Below, in pieces: positions 32,033 to 41,350 of a DNA stretch of 64,000 nucleotides. The translations under genes and the position numbers were made by a program. Source of the stretch: Nitrosopumilaceae archaeon (GTDB taxonomy: Archaea; Thermoproteota; Nitrososphaeria; Nitrososphaerales; Nitrosopumilaceae); the NCBI GenBank assembly GCA_965214835.1, contig CBDCCK010000002.1, forward strand, positions 2,816,001-2,880,000. The letters are read 5' to 3'. The notes beneath the pieces are model-generated. The model searched no databases. It saw nothing but the letters and a program-made list of their open reading frames with translations, and had not been told where the DNA came from. Within the stretch, counting starts at the first letter, position 1, and each line of letters opens with the position of its first letter.

Positions 32033-32335
32033 CTGCATTCTCCGAGGCAGCGCGTTCAAAGATGCCGAATCCGGTTATGCACCGCGAGGAATCGTCAAGA
32101 TATGCCACCAGATTGAGCTTTTCTAGTAACAGCTCGGGCTCTGGAAGCTGTTTCTGATTTTAGGCACAAATTCTGTTTGAACAGCCCTTTTTGGTGACAA
32201 AATTCGTGCCTGAACTTCCAGAGCCCGAGCTGTTACCTTTTCTAGGCGTGAATCCTTCATTTCGTGCCAGTCTGTATGCCACATTGCGTTGGAATACATG
32301 CGCTCATAGCGCAGCCATTTGGGCCGGCTTGTGAC
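32033..32335 (-). pseudogene. IS481-like transposase remnant, N-terminal core part, interrupted by MITE B
   Basis: 'RYERMYSNAMWHTDW' and 'YLDDSSRCITG'; continuous with 26760-27071 across the TSD. Confidence 0.75.
32126..32236. mobile_element. MITE family B (111 bp, IS66-type)
   Basis: Perfect 22-bp TIR GTAACAGCTCGGGCTCTGGAAG; 8-bp TSD CTTTTCTA. Confidence 0.92.
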
Positions 32336-32408
32336 ACCAGACGCCAGAAAGTGAAACATACCCAATCTCTGACGCTAAGATGGGCTCAGCCGCTACACGG
32401 TAAATATC

Positions 32409-32487
32409 AGACCTTATGCGTAATTGCCAAAAATGACGCAAAAGCTGCCTGATTTTTTTTGATTTTAACCGATTACGCATAAGGTCT
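32409..32487. mobile_element. MITE family D copy
   Basis: TIR AGACCTTATGCGTAAT; 3-bp TSD ATC. Confidence 0.85.
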
Positions 32488-32586
32488 ATCATTTCAATCC
32501 GGAGAAGATCCAGGCTTCATGTCCAGAAGATTGCACAGAACCCTGCAAAACAAGCTTCTTAACCCTAAATCGAACCCACAAGTATC

Positions 32587-34242
32587 ATGCGAGACAGGGC
32601 AATCATAACCAGCGCGCTTCCGTATGCCAACGGCGAGATTCATCTTGGCCACGTTGCATCGACCTATCTGCCGGCCGATGTCACCACCAGGTTCTTGAGG
32701 CAGAAAGGCGTTGAGGCATACTATTTCTGCGCATCTGATGATTTCGGGACTCCGATTCTAATCCAGTCAGAAAAACAGGGAAAAACCCCCCAAGAGTACG
32801 TCGCACACTGGAACAGGCGCGACCGTGAGGACTTTGCCTCCCTTAACATCGGGTTTGACTCCTTTTGCAGCACCAGCTCCCGCGAAAACATAGAGTTCGT
32901 ACAGCAGGTATTCAACAAGCTAAATGATGCCGGGCACATCTACGAGTCCGAAATCATTCAGTTTTTCTGTGAGAATGACGGCAAGTTCCTGCCTGACCGG
33001 TATGTGAGGGGAACCTGCCCGCATTGCAGGGCAGAAGACCAGTACTCAGACCTCTGTGAGAGCTGCGGCCGCGTGCCTGATGCCATAGACAGCCCCAAAT
33101 GCTCCATCTGCGGCCAGACCCCGGTTAAGAAAAAGACCAGCCACTATTTTTTCAGGCTCAAAAGCTTTGGCGATGCCCTAGGCAGGTGGCTGGAGGAAAA
33201 CGGCAACCTGCAGGGGGACGTAAAAAAATACGTCCAAAACTGGATCAATGCCGGGCTGGTCGACTGGGATATCACCCGCGACATAAAGTGGGGCGTCCCG
33301 ATCCCTGCCGAAAAGGCCGGCGGGCAGGTCTTTTACGGCTGGTTTGACAACCACCTGGCCTACATTTCCACCGCAGTCAAGTTTCTAAGCGACAGGGGGA
33401 TTGACGGAAAGGAGTTTTGGAATTCTGCGGACGTTTACCACTTTATAGGAAAGGACATTGTATACCACCACTATCTGTTTCTGCCCGCAATGCGCCTGGG
33501 CATATCCGAGGAATACAAGCTTCCGGACTTTATTCCCACCCGCGGACACCTCACACTGGGGTCTCGGAAGATCTCCAAGAGCAGGAACTGGTATATAGGC
33601 CTCAGGGAGTTTTTGGGGTACTATCCTGCCGACTATCTGCGGTACTATCTGATATCGATCAACCCGTACTCCCAGGACGACCTCAACTTTGACTGGGACG
33701 AGTTTGCCACAAGAATCAACTCCGAGTTGATTGGAAACTTGGGGAATTTCGTAAACCGTGCGCTGGGGTTTGCCGCAAAGAGCTTTGACGGCGTGGTTCC
33801 GTCACCCGGGGAGCTGGATGACGACGACAGGGCAGCAGAGTCCAAAATCATGTCGCTGGCATCGGAGCTCGGAGCCCTGATGGAGCAAAACCACCTGGAT
33901 CGCGCACTCAAAAAAATCCTTGACTTTACAGGCCACTTTAACCAGTACTTTCAGCACAAGGAGCCCTGGAGGGGGGGCTCTGGTACCGGCACCTGCGTGT
34001 TCTTGTCGGCAAACGCAACTGCGAGTCTTGCAATAGCTCTGAGCCCGTTCCTGCCTGAATCCTCGCAGAAGATCTGGGAGCAGGCAGGACTCAGGGGAAG
34101 ATCCTCTGAGCGGTCCTGGGACTCGATGTCTGAGCTGTGCCTCAAGCCAGGCCACAGGCTGGCAGCCCCATCCCCGCTGTTCTCCAAGGTCGAGGATGGC
34201 GATATCACAGAACACAAGCAGCGGCTGGGCGCAAGGCAATGA
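32587..34242 (+). CDS. metG: Methionine--tRNA ligase
   Basis: 'TSALPYANGEIHLGH', zinc knuckle, 'HFIGKDI', 'KISKS'. Confidence 0.96.
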   Translation: MRDRAIITSALPYANGEIHLGHVASTYLPADVTTRFLRQKGVEAYYFCASDDFGTPILIQSEKQGKTPQEYVAHWNRRDREDFASLNIGFDSFCSTSSRENIEFVQQVFNKLNDAGHIYESEIIQFFCENDGKFLPDRYVRGTCPHCRAEDQYSDLCESCGRVPDAIDSPKCSICGQTPVKKKTSHYFFRLKSFGDALGRWLEENGNLQGDVKKYVQNWINAGLVDWDITRDIKWGVPIPAEKAGGQVFYGWFDNHLAYISTAVKFLSDRGIDGKEFWNSADVYHFIGKDIVYHHYLFLPAMRLGISEEYKLPDFIPTRGHLTLGSRKISKSRNWYIGLREFLGYYPADYLRYYLISINPYSQDDLNFDWDEFATRINSELIGNLGNFVNRALGFAAKSFDGVVPSPGELDDDDRAAESKIMSLASELGALMEQNHLDRALKKILDFTGHFNQYFQHKEPWRGGSGTGTCVFLSANATASLAIALSPFLPESSQKIWEQAGLRGRSSERSWDSMSELCLKPGHRLAAPSPLFSKVEDGDITEHKQRLGARQ

Positions 34243-34997
34243 CGAGAAGGCCATTTCCTAGAATTTCAACTAGGGGGTACTATGATCTGGAGACCGGGAA
34301 CACGCTAAAGACATCTCCGTACCACCTCTATCCCAAATCCTTCTTTGACTCGCTTGCCGGGTCGGTGGAGCTGGTAATAATGATGCACGGGCTGAGAAAC
34401 GACAGTGCAGGTGCACTGAACAAGTTCGTAATCGCGCAGAGGCGCCTTCGGCAGATTGGATATGGGCACCCCGTCGTCGGATACAGCTATGACTCAAACA
34501 CCAGGGGCGCCCACCTGGCAAAATCTGCCCTCAAGGCACTGCATGTAGGCCAGAAAATCGCCAGAAAGAACGGCAGGAACCTCTCAAAATTCATCCTGGA
34601 TTTCGCAAGGCATAGTCCGGAGACGAAGATCCGGCTGATGGGCCACTCCCTGGGCTCGCAGGTAATCCTGCACGCAGTCGAGAGCCTGGCAAAGAGTCCG
34701 AAAAACGACTCTGCCATCGAGTCCGTCTACTTTTTTGGGGGCTCTGTTGCCGCAGAGGTGCTCTCGTCTGCAAAATACTCCGGGATGCTGCAGAGGGTTG
34801 TGAGCTCCAAGATTGTGAACTATTTTAGTCCCGGAGACGAGGTTCTCAAGCACGCCCACGACTGCGGGGCCGTCTTGAACCCCGTCGGATACCTCGGATG
34901 CAGGCCAAGGAACCTCCCAAAGTACACCCAAAAGAGGGTATGGCCGGAAAACCACAGGTTTGCAAGCTATGCTGCAACCATCAGGTCATTCCCATAG
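34239..34997 (+). CDS. Alpha/beta hydrolase-fold protein (DUF726/DUF900-like)
   Basis: 'MHGL', 'GHSLG'; ATGA overlap with the metG stop. Confidence 0.8.
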   Translation: MTRRPFPRISTRGYYDLETGNTLKTSPYHLYPKSFFDSLAGSVELVIMMHGLRNDSAGALNKFVIAQRRLRQIGYGHPVVGYSYDSNTRGAHLAKSALKALHVGQKIARKNGRNLSKFILDFARHSPETKIRLMGHSLGSQVILHAVESLAKSPKNDSAIESVYFFGGSVAAEVLSSAKYSGMLQRVVSSKIVNYFSPGDEVLKHAHDCGAVLNPVGYLGCRPRNLPKYTQKRVWPENHRFASYAATIRSFP

Positions 34998-35035
34998 TCA
35001 AGCAGTTAAATCCCATTGATTCTGGCTATACCGGT

Positions 35036-35947
35036 ATGAAGTCCGCAAACTTTGTCGTCCTAGGTGATCAGGGCATTGCAGCCGGCCTCGGAAGGAAGGG
35101 AACCGAGACCGATCTTACGCTGTATGACAAAAAAGAGTCCGGCATCATCCGCACGTGGGTAGTCCCAAACGGGTTTCCAGAAAAGATCCAGCCGCTGTTC
35201 CAGGCAATCAACCTGGCCGAGTTTGCAGTACTGCACATAGCTGCGCTTGACAGGTTTGCCGGAGAGCAGATTGTGGCACTAGACATGCTAGGCAAAAAGG
35301 CAGGAATCCTGAGCCACTCCTACGAGGTTGACGAGGATACCCTAGGCGCAATGATCAGGGGGACCGTCGTCGAGGGCTATGTCGCAGCCGAGCCCGGCAG
35401 AGTCCGCCAAGAGCTGGAAAAAATCGAGCCGGTATCCGTAGGGGGCAAAACCCGGATCGTAGTTGATCACTGCTTTGATGTCAAAGGCGCAGGCACCGTT
35501 GTTTTAGGAAAGGTCGCCTCTGGATCTGTCAAGCAATACGACAGTCTCAGGCTGCTCCCCTCAGGCGCCGAGGTCACGGTAAGGTCAATCCAGATGCATG
35601 ACGAGCCAGTAGATACGGCATCATCGCCCGCCCGGGTCGGCCTGTCCCTCAAGGGTGCAAGGCCAGACGAGGTCGGTCGCGGGGATGTCCTGTGCGAGGA
35701 TGGCTCGGCTAGGGTCGCCGACGAAATAGATCTGGATTTTTCAAAGACTCCGTACTACAAGGGAGAAATCTCCGAGGGACAGATGTGCCTGGTCAGTACC
35801 GGCCTCAAGATAATGGCCGGAAAGCTCGCCTCAACATCCCCCTTCAAAATAAAGCTGGACAAACCCGTTGTGTGTGATGAGATAGGCGTCGTCCTCAAGC
35901 CCGAGTCGGCCGGCATACGCATCATGGGCAGCGGCAAAATCAAATGA
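35036..35947 (+). CDS. Archaeal EF-Tu/SelB-like domain II protein with degenerate GTPase domain
   Basis: 'VDHCFDVKGAGTVVLG', 'VRSIQMHD', 'RVGLSLKG', 'RGDVL'. Confidence 0.85.
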   Translation: MKSANFVVLGDQGIAAGLGRKGTETDLTLYDKKESGIIRTWVVPNGFPEKIQPLFQAINLAEFAVLHIAALDRFAGEQIVALDMLGKKAGILSHSYEVDEDTLGAMIRGTVVEGYVAAEPGRVRQELEKIEPVSVGGKTRIVVDHCFDVKGAGTVVLGKVASGSVKQYDSLRLLPSGAEVTVRSIQMHDEPVDTASSPARVGLSLKGARPDEVGRGDVLCEDGSARVADEIDLDFSKTPYYKGEISEGQMCLVSTGLKIMAGKLASTSPFKIKLDKPVVCDEIGVVLKPESAGIRIMGSGKIK

Positions 35948-35981
35948 CATCATTTAATTAAATCGCAGTCCTGCCTTCTGC

Positions 35982-36512
35982 ATGCGCGCACTAATGATGG
36001 GGCGATTCCAGCCCTTTCACCTGGGCCACTTGGACTTGGTAAGGCAGGTCCTCGGTGAGAACGACGAGGCGATCATCGCCGTGACCAGCTCCCAGTTTAA
36101 TTATCTCTTAAAGGATCCCTTCACGTCAGGCGAGAGAATCGAGATGATCCACAGTTCTCTGCGTGATGAGGGCGTTGACATCTCAAGATGCTACGTCGTT
36201 GCAATCGAGAACCAGCCCAACATTGCAACATGGGCAGGCTACCTGAAATCCTCGCTTCCCCCCTTTGGAAGGGTGTACAGCGGAAACAAATACGTCTCCA
36301 TGCTGCTCGGGGACTCGGACATCGATGTAGTCCTTCCCGAGTTCCTGGAGCGCGAAAGGCTCACGGCCACTGCCATTCGAGACATGATGATTCATGGCGG
36401 GGACTGGAGGTCATGCGTTCCTGCGGCAGTATCTGAAATAATCTCCAGAATCGGCGGAGTAAACCGACTAAGGACCATGGCAGCCTCTGACACCAATCCG
36501 ATCGAGCATTGA
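35982..36512 (+). CDS. nadM: Nicotinamide-nucleotide adenylyltransferase
   Basis: 'GRFQPFHLGH', 'PFTSGER'. Confidence 0.9.
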   Translation: MRALMMGRFQPFHLGHLDLVRQVLGENDEAIIAVTSSQFNYLLKDPFTSGERIEMIHSSLRDEGVDISRCYVVAIENQPNIATWAGYLKSSLPPFGRVYSGNKYVSMLLGDSDIDVVLPEFLERERLTATAIRDMMIHGGDWRSCVPAAVSEIISRIGGVNRLRTMAASDTNPIEH

Positions 36513-36631
36513 CTGAGCCGGTACGCGCATGTCCCATCTGTCCCGAGTGCGGCTCAAGGCGGTTTGAGCGGCTTGCCGGCCCTGGGATGGCCGTAAAATG
36601 CCGAAAATGCGGCAAAATCATGCAGATCTGA
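36509..36631 (+). CDS. 40-aa CPxCG-type zinc-finger microprotein (absent from the ORF track)
   Basis: TTG start overlaps the nadM stop (TTGA); MTEPVRACPICPECGSRRFERLAGPGMAVKCRKCGKIMQI*. Confidence 0.7.
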   Translation: MTEPVRACPICPECGSRRFERLAGPGMAVKCRKCGKIMQI

Positions 36632-36671
36632 GGCTTCATAGTTAATATTTGCAGTATGCTGCCCCCCTCAC

Positions 36672-37670
36672 ATGGCACAAACGTGGAAGGATGCCGACAT
36701 TAGCCTTGACCCGATAAGGGATCAAAGGATAGCCGTGATCGGCTATGGAATCCAGGGCCATGCTCAGGCAAACAACATGAGGGACTCTGGCCTTGATGTC
36801 GTCGTCGGCCTCAGGGAAGGCGGAGACAGCTGGAAAAAGGCCGAGGCCGACGGCCACAGGGTAATGTCCGTTGCAGATGCCACAAAGGCTGCCGACATTG
36901 TTCACATTCTGATTCCCGACATGATTCAGGGCCGCGTATACGGGGATCAAATCGGGCCCAATCTTTCTGAGGGAAAGGCGCTGTCGTTTTCCCATGCCGC
37001 GGCAATCTACTGGAAGTGGATTGAGGCTCCCCCCAATGTTGACCTGATAATGGTTGCGCCAAAGGGTCCGGGCTCCAAGGTAAGGGAGACCTATCTTGAA
37101 GGCTTTGGAACGCCCTCCATCGTTGCAGTCGAACGGGACTTTTCAGGCGGGGCCTGGGACAGGACGCTGGGGATTGCAAAGGCCGTCGGGAGCGCAAGGG
37201 CAGGGCTGATCAGGACAACCTTCAAGGAGGAGGTCGAGACCGACTGGTTCGGCGAGCAGGCAGACCTGTGCGGAGGCGCCGCCTCCATGGTGACCAACGC
37301 GTTTGAAACCCTGGTTGAGGCAGGATACCAGCCAGAAATTGCATACTTTGAGGTCTTGCACGAGCTCAAGCTCATCGTGGATATGATCCAGAGGTATGGA
37401 ATCAACGGGATGTGGAGGCGCGTGAGCGAGACTGCCAGATACGGCGGCCTGACACGCGGCCCGATGGTAATGGATGCGGCAAACAAGGAGAACATGAAAA
37501 AGATCCTGGCCATGATTCAGGACGGCACCTTCAACGGCGAATGGATATCCGAGTACCAGAAAAACGGCAGGGACGCATTTGACAAGTACATGAGGCAATA
37601 CGACGAGCACCAGATTGAAAGGGTCGGCAGGCAGATGCGAAAGATGATGTGGCCTGATTCCACGGAATAA
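36672..37670 (+). CDS. ilvC: Ketol-acid reductoisomerase
   Basis: 'VIGYGIQGHAQANNMRDSG', 'MVAPKGPG', 'ETDWFGEQ..LCGG'. Confidence 0.96.
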   Translation: MAQTWKDADISLDPIRDQRIAVIGYGIQGHAQANNMRDSGLDVVVGLREGGDSWKKAEADGHRVMSVADATKAADIVHILIPDMIQGRVYGDQIGPNLSEGKALSFSHAAAIYWKWIEAPPNVDLIMVAPKGPGSKVRETYLEGFGTPSIVAVERDFSGGAWDRTLGIAKAVGSARAGLIRTTFKEEVETDWFGEQADLCGGAASMVTNAFETLVEAGYQPEIAYFEVLHELKLIVDMIQRYGINGMWRRVSETARYGGLTRGPMVMDAANKENMKKILAMIQDGTFNGEWISEYQKNGRDAFDKYMRQYDEHQIERVGRQMRKMMWPDSTE

Positions 37671-37678
37671 CCCCCTTT

Positions 37679-37777
37679 GTAACAGCTCCCACTTGAAGCC
37701 ATTCCTGATTTTAGGCACGGATTACGCCCGGCCGGGATGGCAAAATTCACGCCCGAATTTGGAGTCCGAGCTGCTGC
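37679..37777. mobile_element. Degenerate MITE B between convergent genes
   Basis: GTAACAGCTC...CCGAGCTGCTGC with internal TGATTTTAGGCAC. Confidence 0.7.
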
Positions 37778-37785
37778 CCCTTTTT

Positions 37786-38208
37786 CTATATTTTCCGCAG
37801 TCTGCCCACGCCGGTTGTGATGTGATCAATGATTGTTGGAAGCGGCGTTCCCGGCCCGAATACGTGGTCTACTCCAGACTTTATCAGTCCCTTGTGGTCG
37901 ACCTCTGGAATGACTCCGCCGCCGACTATTAGGACGTCCTTGATTCCCTTTTTTTTGAGTGCCTTTACCACTCTGGGGAAAAGCGTCCCGTGCGCCCCGT
38001 TTAGCAGACTCATTGCTACTGCGTCAACGTCCTCGTCCTCTGCAATCTGGGCAACCCTCTCAGGCGTGGCAAACAGCCCCGAATAGACCACCTCCATTCC
38101 AGCATCCCTAAACGCCCTGCAAAGAACCAGAGCTCCACGATCGTGTCCGTCAAGGCCCAGCTTTGCCACCAGAATCTTGACCCTGCGTGATGCGGTCTCT
38201 TGCTTCAT
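37786..38208 (-). CDS. Methylmalonyl-CoA mutase small (cobalamin-binding) subunit
   Basis: 'AKLGLDGHDRGA', 'GGGVIP', 'VFGPGT'. Confidence 0.94.
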   Translation of the reverse strand: MKQETASRRVKILVAKLGLDGHDRGALVLCRAFRDAGMEVVYSGLFATPERVAQIAEDEDVDAVAMSLLNGAHGTLFPRVVKALKKKGIKDVLIVGGGVIPEVDHKGLIKSGVDHVFGPGTPLPTIIDHITTGVGRLRKI

Positions 38209-38248
38209 CGATCTAGCGTAAACCTGACACCTTTATTTGATTTTCCCA

Positions 38249-38741
38249 GTAAGAGCTTGCCACTCGGGCGGCCTTGCCGGCAGGGGCCTTGATCACCATG
38301 CCCCCTCACGCCGTATCTCCGGGCCGGCGGTAGCTCGGGCTCGAGGTTCAGGCGTGGGTTTTGCCGCAAGCCTCTCGGGCAACGCCTCTATCCAGCAGGA
38401 GGATTTAGAAAAATCACAACACGGAGATCACGGGACTTGCTTTCCAAGCATTGGTCGGGGATCCTGACATTACGTATGTGGACAGGAGCAATCCCGGCGT
38501 GATCCGCCCGTTTGAGCAAAGTCAGGTGTAAGAGTTTGCCTCCCGGCGACACTGCTGGCCGGAGCCTTCATGGTACGCCTACCACGCCGTATCTCAGTGG
38601 AGGGGCAAGCTCTTACGGATATGGCGTGAGAGGTAACAGCTCGGGCTCGAAGTGATTTATGATTTTAGGCACAAATTACATCTGCGAAGATCCCTTTGGC
38701 GATAAAATTCATGCCTGAACTTCCAGAGCCCGAGCTGTTAC
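38249..38741. mobile_element. MITE cluster: C (38249-~38330), B fragment (~38330-38370), C (38528-38616), B (38633-38741)
   Basis: GTAAGAGTTTGCC...GGCAAGCTCTTAC; B copy has 8-bp TSD CGTGAGAG. Confidence 0.8.
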
Positions 38742-38924
38742 CGTGAGAGGGAGTGCTTTGAGTGGGATTCCCTCCGGATTGAACGATAGTCTGACGGTCT
38801 TATCATCGAAATACCTGTACTTGGGTATGAACGTAAAGGACCTTGATTTGTCACCCTTCTCATCAGGCTCGATGCTACCTTGTTTCTTGTCTTTGCTTTT
38901 AATCTTGCCCGTCTTGTATATTTC

Positions 38925-39164
38925 GACAAGCTCCACCATCACAACAACGACGGCGAGAGGGCGCTGCACACGATGGCCGCGATACGAAAGATCCCGTACG
39001 GAAACAGGTCAGAGAAGGGAATGAGGGTGACTGAGACCATGTGTGCCGTATACACCACCTGCGAGATGCACGGCGTCAGCTTTTGCTCGTTCGAAGTCTA
39101 TCTTGACGGCAAGGTTATCAGCACCCCGATGCCGGTCCAGCGTGTCGGTGCAGCGGCGGCATAA
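38925..39164 (+). pseudogene. IS66 transposase C-terminal remnant
   Basis: 'HHNNDGERALH...RKIPYGNRSEKG'. Confidence 0.65.
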
Positions 39165-39298
39165 TGAGCAGGGATACAACAAACCCTGCCGGCACGCCCT
39201 AGAACCGCTCCAGATGTGCAGAACCGCGGCCGGGGCACGGTGACATAATGGCGACAGTGGCGGTAAACAGTACGCAGATTCGGTTTCGATCCGGCGCC

Positions 39299-39415
39299 GC
39301 TACAGCTCGGATTCCGAAAAGCATGGCAGGCTTGTGCCAAAATCCGGCTTCCAGAGACCGATCAGACAGATTCGTGCCTAGAATCAGGAGCGGCTTCCAG
39401 AGCACGAGCTGTTAC
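39299..39415. mobile_element. Degenerate MITE B, reverse orientation
   Basis: Ends CTTCCAGAGCACGAGCTGTTAC; contains GATTCGTGCCTAGAATCAG. Confidence 0.7.
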
Positions 39416-39469
39416 CAAGACTCGGCTGATTGTAACCCTTAATTCACAGGCAAACCAACCCAGCACAGG

Positions 39470-39658
39470 TTGCAGGCGCACAGGAGATTGATGCTGCTCG
39501 GAGGAATGCTGCTCATCTTGACGTTTTTGATAAACGACTATCACGGGCAAGATTCCGTAGACGGATTCAACTATGCATACGTTACCGGAGCAGCCATGAT
39601 TGCGGTGTTTTTGGCTAGTTTCTACCTGTTTTATTCAAAAAATGGCAGAAACAGGTAG
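39470..39658 (+). CDS. Small two-TM membrane protein
   Basis: Two hydrophobic helices; TATA-like CTTAAT about 30 bp upstream. Confidence 0.6.
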   Translation: MQAHRRLMLLGGMLLILTFLINDYHGQDSVDGFNYAYVTGAAMIAVFLASFYLFYSKNGRNR

Positions 39659-39933
39659 CACTATTCGCTTGGCATGAGGCGCACCAAGACGCCCATGATG
39701 GCATTCCTAGGCCGGAAGGCCTCAGAAGCAATCAGGAAAAGCGACCCAAAATGGATGGACACCGGTGATGATGCGACATAATTTTCATACAACACATGCA
39801 GTGTGCTGAGACTTGAACCGTCTTTTATGACCGCCCGACGGCCGGTACGATGGTATGTCATCCGTCAAGCCAGCAGGTCCGAGTTTTACTGGTTCAGCAG
39901 CGATCAAAACCGCAGCTGGGGGGTGTTCAAAAT

Positions 39934-41166
39934 CTACCAGCTGTTGGCATACTCTACTTGCTCTGGGGTCAGCCTGTCAATTTTGACGCTCATTGCCCTG
40001 AGGGCGTCGCGCGCTACCTGAACGTCGATCTCTTCGGGCACGACTATTGCCTTGTTTTCCATCTTCTTGTGGTTTTTGAGTATGTACAGAATCGAGAGGA
40101 TTTGGTTTGAAAAGGACTGTGCCATCACCTCGGGTGGGTGTCCTTCGGCAGCAACAAGGTTTGCCAGCCTGCCCTTTCCAATCAGGTACACTCGCCTGCC
40201 GTTGCGCAGGCGGCACTCGTCTAGGTTCGGCCGCACCTCCCTTGCGGACTTTGTCAGTAGGAACTTGGTATCAATCTCAACATCAAAGTGGCCTACATTT
40301 CCCATGACTGCACCGTCCTTCATCTTGAGTATGTGCTCCCTTCGGATTACGCCGGTCATCCCGGTACAGGTGACAAAGATGTCGCCCACCCTGGAGGCCT
40401 CGGACATGGGCATTACCTCGTATCCGTCCATGTGTGCCTCCAGAGCCCTGACGGGATCAACCTCGGTGACTATGACCCTGCCCCCCATTCCCGCACAACG
40501 GGATGCCACGCCTTTTCCAACCCAGCCATATCCGGCTACTACGATCCTCTTTGTCGCAATGAGCAGATTCATTGCACGTAGGTAGCCGTCAATGGTGCTC
40601 TGTCCTGTGCCGTATCGGTTATCAAACATGTGCTTTGTATGGGCCTCGTTTACCATAATCACAGGATAGCGAAGCTTGCCCTGGTTTTCTATGGCCTTTA
40701 TTCTGGTAACCCCTGCAGTAGTCTCCTCGGTTGCGCCCAGGATGTCGAGTCCCTGGTGCTTTTTGTCAAAATGTGCCTTGACATTCATGTCTGCCCCGTC
40801 ATCTGTCAGGATGGCAGGTTTGTGTTTTAGAACCTGGTCAATACACCAGTCATATTCCTTGCTTGTCTGATCATTCCACGCATAAACATGAATTCCCTGC
40901 GATGCCAAAAATGCGGCGATGTCATCCTGGGTGGTCAGCGGGTTTCCGCCGCATGCTGCAACGTTTGCCCCCAGCTCCTTTGCACCCATCAAAAGTACGG
41001 AGGTCTCTTTTGTGATGTGCAGGCAGAACCCGACGGTCACGCCTTTGAGTGGCTTTGATTTTTTTAATCGGTTAATGGTATTATCCAAGATTTGCATGTG
41101 AGAGCGGGCCCATTCGTAAGAAAGCCCCCCCTGTTTTGCAAGCCTTGGGTTCCTGACTTTGCTCAA
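39934..41166 (-). CDS. ahcY: Adenosylhomocysteinase; likely TTG start at 41166
   Basis: 'NPLTTQD', 'EETTAG', 'KHMFDNRYGTGQS', 'GYGWVGKG', 'GRLANL..AEGHP'. Confidence 0.96.
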   Translation of the reverse strand: MSKVRNPRLAKQGGLSYEWARSHMQILDNTINRLKKSKPLKGVTVGFCLHITKETSVLLMGAKELGANVAACGGNPLTTQDDIAAFLASQGIHVYAWNDQTSKEYDWCIDQVLKHKPAILTDDGADMNVKAHFDKKHQGLDILGATEETTAGVTRIKAIENQGKLRYPVIMVNEAHTKHMFDNRYGTGQSTIDGYLRAMNLLIATKRIVVAGYGWVGKGVASRCAGMGGRVIVTEVDPVRALEAHMDGYEVMPMSEASRVGDIFVTCTGMTGVIRREHILKMKDGAVMGNVGHFDVEIDTKFLLTKSAREVRPNLDECRLRNGRRVYLIGKGRLANLVAAEGHPPEVMAQSFSNQILSILYILKNHKKMENKAIVVPEEIDVQVARDALRAMSVKIDRLTPEQVEYANSW

Positions 41167-41350
41167 TGGTTTTGGCTTTTGATCATTGTATAAAATTCTA
41201 TCATTGCATGGGGCGCCGTCCATAATCGTGATTAAGGACATGATTTTTGCGGTGATCGGCGCCAAGCCATGACGTAATGATCACCAATACTGGGACGGAT
41301 CCATGCGGCGATCTGGACTGTGCAGCCATCGATTGTGTTTTTGCGCGGTA

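Noticed and set aside
38742-38925. Minus-strand ORF fragment (KTGKIKSKDKK...FIPKYRYFDDK)
   Set aside because: Truncated on both sides by mobile DNA; no family recognisable
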